A stretch of 54,953 bases of DNA. It comes from a virus. Where the stretch lies: the IMG/VR virus record IMGVR_UViG_3300024991_000003; one strand, given 5' to 3'. Each line of letters begins with the position of its first letter. Position 1 is the stretch's first letter. A program made the translations under genes and the position numbers. A model generated the notes under the pieces. That model was not told the DNA's origin. It made no database searches and saw nothing but the letters and a program-made list of their open reading frames with translations. This document shows positions 48,444 to 54,953 of the stretch, piece after piece.

Positions 48444-48507
48444 AGTTCGGGAGAGTTCCCCTCACATCAAGGAACAATGTGGGCTTTACCGCCCGGTTAA
48501 ATCATTG

Positions 48508-49320
48508 TCAATCGACAATCGTGATTTCACCCTTGCTTGCAGCCTGTGCAGCGCGGGCCTGCTCTGCAATGGGCAGAGCATTGAATTCCGAACGGCGCAT
48601 TTGCTTGTTTCCGCCGCGCTGACCACCCTGACCACCACCACCGGCCCCGCTGGCGTTGGGAGCGCGCAAGATTTGATCCTTGTGCGGGTAGCCTTCAACG
48701 ATAATCTCGAAGGCTTCATTGAGATCAGCCAATTCACCGTAATTTTTCTTGGAAAAGACCTTGTTGCCGCTCAGGTCATAGGGGACAACCTTGCCATCCT
48801 CGACCTTGAAATTCTTGCCGATGACAGCCTTGAACATCTCACCTGGCACCGCAACGCGATCAGCGATGAATTGGCTGCTCGAAAAAGCGCCGTCGATCAG
48901 CATATTGTTGACCTGCTGTTGCAGCGTCGAAATGGTCGTGTCTTTCTCGGCAAGCTGCCCGGTAAAGCCTTGCTGGATTTCCTGCCGAACGCGATCAACC
49001 TCGCCCGCATCGATCAACGTTTTGTCGTCGATCTTTTTCAGCTTTTCCATCGCATCCTTGGCAGCGGCAGGATCAAGACCCTCGAACACCTTGAGCGCTT
49101 CCTCAGCCTTTTCAGCGCGAATGCGGTTGTCGCGCGCTTCGCCCATGGTGCGGGCAATCGTATCGCCCTTTACCGATTGTTCGGTTCCGTTGGCGATGAT
49201 GATCGGATTGCCGTTGGCATCAACCACCAAATTGCCATTCTCATCCTTTTTCCACGTTCCGTTTGGATCGAACGCCATCGCAGCCACCGAAGTCAGCAGC
49301 GCAAACTTGAAAAGACGCAT
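48508..49320 (-). CDS. scaffolding protein (270 aa)
   Basis: Between the portal and capsid genes; helical charged core (RIRAEKAEEALKVFEGLDP..), G-rich linker, basic C-terminus. Confidence 0.65.
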   Translation of the reverse strand: MRLFKFALLTSVAAMAFDPNGTWKKDENGNLVVDANGNPIIIANGTEQSVKGDTIARTMGEARDNRIRAEKAEEALKVFEGLDPAAAKDAMEKLKKIDDKTLIDAGEVDRVRQEIQQGFTGQLAEKDTTISTLQQQVNNMLIDGAFSSSQFIADRVAVPGEMFKAVIGKNFKVEDGKVVPYDLSGNKVFSKKNYGELADLNEAFEIIVEGYPHKDQILRAPNASGAGGGGQGGQRGGNKQMRRSEFNALPIAEQARAAQAASKGEITIVD

Positions 49321-49355
49321 GTTTCACCCTTCCTTGATAAAATTTGACACTATGG

Positions 49356-50936
49356 TCAATCTTCGGGATTGTCAACCTGTTGAGTGAGATCGGGGCCATC
49401 GGACGGTGTTGCGGCAAGCAAACGCGCTTCCTCTTCTACGGGGTCAAAATCGGGCGAATAAACACCGCGCCGCTTCATCTCAGCCCAATAAGTCCAACGC
49501 GACAAATCACCCTTGTCGCGGTCAGCGCGCAATGAGGTGAGAGATTTGTCGTCGTAAAACTCGTCAAACTCTGTGTAAACATCCACCGAAGGTTCAAATT
49601 CAATCTGCATATATTCAATGGTGAGTTGCAATGCTTTCTCAAGCGCATTTTGCAGACCAATCGCCCATTGTTTGATTGCACTCTTGGCTTTGCCTGCTGC
49701 AACCTGCGTCGTCTCTTTGGTAAGGTTTTGACTGCTTGTCGTCAGCGGTTGACGACCCAATTCCCGCAATTCCTTGATCGTTGCTTCAATATCGGCAGCG
49801 AGAAACTTCAAGCTCTCGGCGGACGGCTCGATATACTCCCACTTGCCGAACTTGCCATCGCCGGTGGGAGGCGCATAGAGGATGCGATTGGGGCCAACCC
49901 GTACCGGAATAGGTTTACCCGCCTGATCGCGCTCAGGAGTGACGCCGCTGGCTGAGAGCATAGGATAAGCAGTCAGCGTCTTGGCAAACTTGAGGCCGCT
50001 CTCCTGCTGATACAACTCAACCTGCAAATCAGCGGCATCCTGCATTGCCGGAAATACACGCCACGTCCTGCCATCACGACGCCCGGTGATAAATGGAACA
50101 AGTGGTATTTTGGTGATGGAGAGTTGCACCTCAGTGTCAAGCACGTATGCAGTTTTGGTTTCGTTATTCATCGTGCCGCTGTCACGATAGACCTTGCATG
50201 TAACCGTACCATCATTGAGACGCTCAAACTCGCGAATGTGGTTCGGTTCATCGCCGCTGCCCGGTTCAAGGATGCGAACAAATGTCAGTGTTTCAACGCT
50301 GTTGATCATCTTGGATTTGACGATGAGCATATTGCTTGCGAGAACGCGCGACCAATACGGGCGATAACCTGCGGCCTTGAATTGCTCAAGTGTGGTAACG
50401 CTGGGATCGCGCACCGGATAATCAACGTAAATCCAGTCGATAGCGCTATTGATGCCGTTAAAGAATACAGCATTTGAAAAAACGGTCAGGTCACTGCCCG
50501 CACCATCAACATCATCCTCGAATGCATCGATCTCAGCAACGGTGTCATCGTTTTTGATGCACACCTCACGCTCAAAAGGCTTCGCTGCCAGACTTTCGAC
50601 AATATCACGGTAAACATTGGTCATCTTGGTCAGACTGAGACGAAAGTCATATTCAATCTGATCTTCCATCGTGAAACACGGCAGGAATTCCGTTCCACCG
50701 AGACGCATCGCATCGATACCGTCAATAATGCTGGTGGTTTTGTCCCAATAATCGCACATCGCTGCAATGTCGGGTGCGCGCTTCAACATCACATCGTTAT
50801 TGGTGATCCGCGTCGAATTGGCGCGCTTTTGATTTTCGCGCACAATTGCCGCATCCTGCGGGGTTTGCAGATAACCCCCGTCAACCGAGACATATGCCAC
50901 CCCGGCAGTGCTGGACTTAAGAGCAAATTTAACCAC
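49356..50936 (-). CDS. portal protein (526 aa)
   Basis: Directly after terL; size; track ORF 49356..51008 trimmed to the GTG after GGAGG (overlaps the terL end by 8 nt). Confidence 0.75.
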   Translation of the reverse strand: MVKFALKSSTAGVAYVSVDGGYLQTPQDAAIVRENQKRANSTRITNNDVMLKRAPDIAAMCDYWDKTTSIIDGIDAMRLGGTEFLPCFTMEDQIEYDFRLSLTKMTNVYRDIVESLAAKPFEREVCIKNDDTVAEIDAFEDDVDGAGSDLTVFSNAVFFNGINSAIDWIYVDYPVRDPSVTTLEQFKAAGYRPYWSRVLASNMLIVKSKMINSVETLTFVRILEPGSGDEPNHIREFERLNDGTVTCKVYRDSGTMNNETKTAYVLDTEVQLSITKIPLVPFITGRRDGRTWRVFPAMQDAADLQVELYQQESGLKFAKTLTAYPMLSASGVTPERDQAGKPIPVRVGPNRILYAPPTGDGKFGKWEYIEPSAESLKFLAADIEATIKELRELGRQPLTTSSQNLTKETTQVAAGKAKSAIKQWAIGLQNALEKALQLTIEYMQIEFEPSVDVYTEFDEFYDDKSLTSLRADRDKGDLSRWTYWAEMKRRGVYSPDFDPVEEEARLLAATPSDGPDLTQQVDNPED

Positions 50937-52659
50937 TGTAACCTCCAACAACCACCGTCGATCCCGGCTCTGGTGCCGGAAAATAAGCCATAATCGCAGC
51001 GTCCGCAAGGTTTGGCGAACGAGTACCGTTAGGTTTCTTATCCACGATCATACGCAAACCGGACGATTTACCCTCAGTCGGTTGTGCCAGTTCCTTCAGA
51101 AGCTGCATGAGCATGGGGCAACCGCTATCAAATGAGATCAATTCATCAGCAGGATAAACGTCACCGAAGGTGATTGCGCGCCACGTTTTATAAACCCGAG
51201 TACGGAAGGCCCACCATGCTTGAGCCTTCATGTTGCCGAAGAAATCTTTATTGAGCGCAGATTGATCGTCATCTTTAATGACGCGATAGAATGGATTTAC
51301 AACACCTGAACCCGCATTCCACGGCTTAAAATTGATTTGATTGCGCGATACAATGCCATCGTCAACCAGACGATTGTACTCAGCCTTTACTGTGCTGCCT
51401 ACACCAATGCTATCGTATTCCAAATCGATGCGGTTATTGGTTCTGATCTCACGTAATGCAGAGATAGCACGACGTGTCGTTATACCTGCGTCCCGTTCAC
51501 CCCACTCATGCGCGCTACGCAAAATGATCCATTGGCGCGCCACGATGGCGTTACGGTCAAGCCCCTCATCAGCAATATCAAGTCCTGCTGCCCACATGTC
51601 AGGCGGCGGTATGCGCAGATAAGGAACCTTGAGATGCGCATCAATACATGCCGTCAACCATTCATATTTGATGATGGTATTAAGGACGGCAGCGCTGTAA
51701 TTGCGATCCACCTCCTGCGCAAATACGTGCTGCATCCCCTCGCGCTCTGCGCGAGCTTTACGAGCGTCATACCATTCCTGCGTCTTTTCCGGGTGATCAC
51801 GCCAATCAAGAATAAATACCCGTACCATGCCACGCGGGTATTCGGTTACAGTCGGTTCCCATACCATGCCACCCTCGCGGCGGCGATGGAAAACATTACC
51901 GAGGCCATTGACGCTGGAAATGTCAATCTGAACATCAGTGTTATCACCGAGCGCGGCCTCAATCTTTTCAGGTCGCTCGTAGTGAGCGCTCTCATCCTTC
52001 CAGAAGCGTGATTTACGACCACCGCGCCCGATATTATCGCCGCTCTCACCCGCAATGACCGCACCATTTGCAGGGTTGATCAGTTTGCAAAACGTTGAGT
52101 GTTCACGCCATTTGAAACCTTCCGGCAACCAAATATCCGGCAGGCGTCGGATAAGCAGGCGGATTTTCTCAAAGATACTATCGGGATCACCGAGTTTATC
52201 AACCAACTCCTGTTTACGACTGCCCCACCCCGTTGCATCATCGGGCAGAAACAACCAACACCACACACTGTAGGCGCAACCAATCCACGATGCACCCATA
52301 TCGCGGCACTTCTCAACCAATCCATTCTCACTATCGCGCCGCAATTGCTCAACGTAAGTGATGAATTCCTCTTGCCGTTTGAAAAACACAAACGGCATCC
52401 ATTTTACTTTACCTTTACGCGGGTTATAGGTGTCCATCCATTCCATAATAAATTGGGCTGGATGGGTGCTGTAATATTCCCGCGCTGACTTGAGCATGGT
52501 GCTATCGCGTCGTAGCAAATCAAGCGTCTGGATACGCCATGCATAGACTGCCCGGTAATCGAGTGACGGCCATTCCTCATGTGTCAGGGCGCGTGGACGC
52601 CACGGCTTTAATACCGGTGCGCGAGGTGCAAAAAGATCAGCATTGGTATCGATAAACAT
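50929..52659 (-). CDS. terL: terminase large subunit (576 aa)
   Basis: Size and position; ATPase region ..LVEKCRDMGASWIG.. and C-terminal nuclease-type region typical of phage TerL. Confidence 0.85.
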   Translation of the reverse strand: MFIDTNADLFAPRAPVLKPWRPRALTHEEWPSLDYRAVYAWRIQTLDLLRRDSTMLKSAREYYSTHPAQFIMEWMDTYNPRKGKVKWMPFVFFKRQEEFITYVEQLRRDSENGLVEKCRDMGASWIGCAYSVWCWLFLPDDATGWGSRKQELVDKLGDPDSIFEKIRLLIRRLPDIWLPEGFKWREHSTFCKLINPANGAVIAGESGDNIGRGGRKSRFWKDESAHYERPEKIEAALGDNTDVQIDISSVNGLGNVFHRRREGGMVWEPTVTEYPRGMVRVFILDWRDHPEKTQEWYDARKARAEREGMQHVFAQEVDRNYSAAVLNTIIKYEWLTACIDAHLKVPYLRIPPPDMWAAGLDIADEGLDRNAIVARQWIILRSAHEWGERDAGITTRRAISALREIRTNNRIDLEYDSIGVGSTVKAEYNRLVDDGIVSRNQINFKPWNAGSGVVNPFYRVIKDDDQSALNKDFFGNMKAQAWWAFRTRVYKTWRAITFGDVYPADELISFDSGCPMLMQLLKELAQPTEGKSSGLRMIVDKKPNGTRSPNLADAAIMAYFPAPEPGSTVVVGGYSG

Positions 52660-52661
52660 GG

Positions 52662-53165
52662 TTATTGCGGATAATCGTCGCGCGTCATAAATGCCGCAAC
52701 AGTGTGCAGCAAACCTACCTGCCCATTGTGATCATATTGCCCTGCCTGATACCATCCGACCGGAGGAATGGTCTTACCGTCCTCTTCGGGCGTATCAGAA
52801 AACACCACAATGACATGTTTCGGGTTGCGTTTGCCGCTGCGAATGTCATCCAGCGCGATCTCAAGTGCAGTGACGGGGTTATGCTGCTGCGTCCCCTCCA
52901 TCGTTTTCCAACGCTTGCGAGTAAACTCATCCACAGACGCGGGCGGACTATCGGGTAGCGCCGCTACCATGGCCTTGACCATTTCCCGCGCTTGTTCGGC
53001 GTTCAAGAGGTTTGTGCCAATCGGTGTTCTGCGATACTGACAATCTGTGCCGAGATTGCCAATAGGATCGAATGTAATCCCACCATCAGGGCTGAAATTC
53101 TCAGGCAACGCCCAACCGAGAAATTGCTTTACCATGTGGTCAATCTGTTTGTCGGTTAATTGCAT
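52662..53165 (-). CDS. hypothetical protein between terS and terL (167 aa)
   Basis: Track ORF; no motif recognised. Confidence 0.65.
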   Translation of the reverse strand: MQLTDKQIDHMVKQFLGWALPENFSPDGGITFDPIGNLGTDCQYRRTPIGTNLLNAEQAREMVKAMVAALPDSPPASVDEFTRKRWKTMEGTQQHNPVTALEIALDDIRSGKRNPKHVIVVFSDTPEEDGKTIPPVGWYQAGQYDHNGQVGLLHTVAAFMTRDDYPQ

Positions 53166-53341
53166 GCTTCACTCCTGCAATCAATGATACGGCGGCATGA
53201 TCCACACGTTACCTTACCACTCATATGCGTTGTCTCATTGGGGTTGCGCTTTTTAAGCCCACAAAGCGTCCCGTAAGTCTGCCAGCGCCCATCTTTGTCG
53301 CGCAAATGAACCACAGCATGAATAATGGGTGTGCGCGGCAT
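53156..53341 (-). CDS. small zinc-ribbon-like protein (61 aa)
   Basis: Track ORF; C..C...CGSC..C cysteines. Confidence 0.5.
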   Translation of the reverse strand: MPRTPIIHAVVHLRDKDGRWQTYGTLCGLKKRNPNETTHMSGKVTCGSCRRIIDCRSEACN

Positions 53342-53346
53342 GTGCT

Positions 53347-53949
53347 TTACCCCTCCAAATAGCGCTGATAAGCGTCTGCTGCGGCCTCAGGTGTGGTATC
53401 GGCAGGCAATGCCGCAGCATTCTCAGCCTGTTGCGCACGATAATGCGGGTTATCGGGGTTCCACATGCCAATATACTCACCTGCCAGTTTAATGGCGGTG
53501 AGTTTTTCGTGAAATCCAACCTTGATCTTGGTCTTTCCCTCACCCCATTTGCCGCTCGTCTCGATCTCAAGCGTTTTGATAGCCGACAACTGCTCTCGGG
53601 TGCATTTTGCCAACGTAAAGTAGGGATTTCCATCATCGTCATAGGCAATGTAATCACCCATGTTTGCCGTTGCGATATTGACAGTTTCCCTGATGATCTT
53701 TTGGGCTGTCAACTCCTGCGCAATGGCGATGCTGTTGACCCTCTCGGTGATCGCAGCAAGGACCATGGGCTTTTCCATCATCCCACGCGACCATGAGACG
53801 ATCTCGTTTTGCACCTCAACCCGGCGCGCAGCCACACTGATCGGCTCTTTCGCGCGAGTACCCGCCCCCTCGATATGATGGACGGCGTTATCCACGAAAG
53901 CCCGCTCAGTCGGGGTCAATTGTTCATATGCGGATCGAAGAAAAACCAT
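53347..53949 (-). CDS. terS: terminase small subunit (200 aa)
   Basis: LTPTERAFVDNAV.. N-terminal HTH-like region and ..IKTLEIE....KIKVGFHEKLTAIKLAGEYIGMW fit the Terminase_2-type TerS. Confidence 0.75.
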   Translation of the reverse strand: MVFLRSAYEQLTPTERAFVDNAVHHIEGAGTRAKEPISVAARRVEVQNEIVSWSRGMMEKPMVLAAITERVNSIAIAQELTAQKIIRETVNIATANMGDYIAYDDDGNPYFTLAKCTREQLSAIKTLEIETSGKWGEGKTKIKVGFHEKLTAIKLAGEYIGMWNPDNPHYRAQQAENAAALPADTTPEAAADAYQRYLEG

Positions 53950-53984
53950 AGCACCCCGGATATGTCATCGATCCGGGGGACGTG

Positions 53985-54224
53985 TCAACTGCGCTCGGGT
54001 TGCCATGTGTTACGGCGGGTGGGCGACAACTCACGTTTACGATCACGTAAAGTCTGCAAAGTCTCACGCGCGGTAGTGATATTGTCGCGGCATATCTTCA
54101 TCGCATGATTGATCGCGTCGATCTCTGTTTCAAATGGTTCGCCTCGCGCCCAATCAGTTGCATCAGGTGGTGCTTCGTAAATTATAAATCCACCAACCTG
54201 ATTGCTCTCAACATACCATGGCAT
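53985..54224 (-). CDS. hypothetical protein, first gene of the late operon (79 aa)
   Basis: Track ORF 53985..54380 trimmed to the ATG after ccGGAG (MPWYVESN..). Confidence 0.5.
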   Translation of the reverse strand: MPWYVESNQVGGFIIYEAPPDATDWARGEPFETEIDAINHAMKICRDNITTARETLQTLRDRKRELSPTRRNTWQPERS

Positions 54225-54275
54225 GCGTATCAACTCCGGTAAATGTACTGTGGCTGCTGCGGGTGATGTAACAAA

Positions 54276-54295
54276 TTTTGACACAGTGGTCAAAA
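54276..54295. promoter_or_regulatory. Inverted repeat carrying face-to-face TTGAC(A/C) -35-like elements
   Basis: ttttgac-acagtg-gtcaaaa; + strand TTGACA and - strand TTGACC (then N17-TACATC) overlap the repeat. Confidence 0.45.
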
Positions 54296-54670
54296 AGTTA
54301 AATCTGAAAAATTTGCGCAATGTGTGTTTGACCCATGCCGCCCCGTAGAAGGGGGTAGGGGGGTCCAACGCGCCCCACACAACGCCACAATCCCAACGCC
54401 CCTACGTTACCCCGTCTCATGCGTTCGACGCGCTGAGAGGGCCGCATATCGCATCCTTGGGCATATCCAGCGCCCGGTTTGTGCCCTCGCGTGTGAGGCA
54501 GGCGCACAAAGGCCCGCCTGCCAGCGTCTCTATGGGCTTGCTGGGGCGTGTGTGGCCTCTGGTGGGCCTCAGGTATGGGGAAGGGCGCTAGAGGCGCTGA
54601 GAGGGCCGCGCTGGGGCAACCGTGGCATATCTAGCAGGTATGTTGCAGCATCGGGCAATCGCTGGGGTGC

Positions 54671-54864
54671 GATGCAGCGTTGTGATGCACCATTGAGATG
54701 GTGCGATGCGATCATGGCAGAGATGCAACGTTGAGATGCGATCACGGCAGAGATGCAGCGTTGTGATGCACCATTGAGATGGTGCGATGCGATCATGGCA
54801 GAGATGGTGCGATGCGATCACGGCAGAGATGCAGCGTTGTGATGCACCATTGAGATAGCTTGAT
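54671..54864 (+). repeat. Nested GATGC/GATC repeat array
   Basis: The 51-bp unit at 54671..54721 is identical to 54752..54802; its first 29 bp recur at 54828..54856; 11 GATGC words counted. Confidence 0.9.
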
Positions 54865-54953
54865 GATCGCTAGATCTGTTGCATTTGGACGTGATTAGCC
54901 CTGATAACCATATAGGCTAATTTGACCACTGGCTTGTTTCACACCCCCCCCCC
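54827..54953. repeat. Terminal duplication, exact copy of 1..127
   Basis: See 1..127. Confidence 0.95.

Noticed and set aside
54324-54734. 136-aa + strand ORF in the GC-rich island
   Set aside because: Its composition is R/A/G/C-rich, it has no SD, it runs into the GATGC repeat array, and it points away from any operon.

Overview
The window is one complete tailed dsDNA phage genome. Positions 1..127 are identical to 54827..54953, so the unique sequence is 54,826 bp and closes on itself. This is either an assembly overlap of a circular or permuted molecule, or a short terminal repeat. The gene content fits a siphovirus-type virion: a tape measure protein and a G / G-T chaperone pair with a T_TTT_TTC -1 slippery site, and no sheath gene recognised. 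An overlapping i-/o-spanin pair points to a Gram-negative host.

Layout, in order:
- A ~1.3 kb non-coding control region spans the junction. It holds a GATGC/GATC repeat array, a C11 tract, an AT-rich block, phased A-tracts and two perfect 48-bp repeats.
- 677..5450: a rightward array of 15 tiny early ORFs joined by a reiterated CGGAGTAAC initiation cassette.
- 5451..6097: a terminator, a GC-rich spacer and 6.6 perfect 21-bp iterons (5900..6037).
- 6098..11063: a second rightward block of small ORFs, including Ea22-like, Zn-ribbon and HTH proteins.
- 11405..14812: a leftward tail fibre with three internal repeats and a C-terminal SGNH esterase.
- 14913..17059: a LuxR-HTH and DEDDh exonuclease block.
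- 17136..20071: a leftward AlpA-type HTH gene coupled to a prim-pol/SF3 helicase gene.
- 21838..26329: a leftward eight-gene operon. In order: clamp-like?, mini kinase-like, Cys-peptidase-like, SF2 helicase, A1S_2505-like, DUF4031-like, VRR-NUC, TetR-HTH stub.
- 26437..33540: a rightward replication block. It has a Cas4-like DUF2800 nuclease, a gp2.5/DUF2815-type SSB with a Q/P/M/G tail, MazG-like and DUF3310-like proteins, an HTH protein and a B-family-like DNA polymerase.
- 33537..54224: leftward lysis, tail, head, portal and terminase genes, interrupted by one opposite-strand moron (45559..46002).

I saw no integrase, repressor switch, partition genes, tRNA, rRNA or CRISPR array. All functional calls come from motif recognition by eye plus gene order, not from database searches. 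Many start codons were trimmed from the ORF track to the start with a Shine-Dalgarno sequence or a start/stop overlap.
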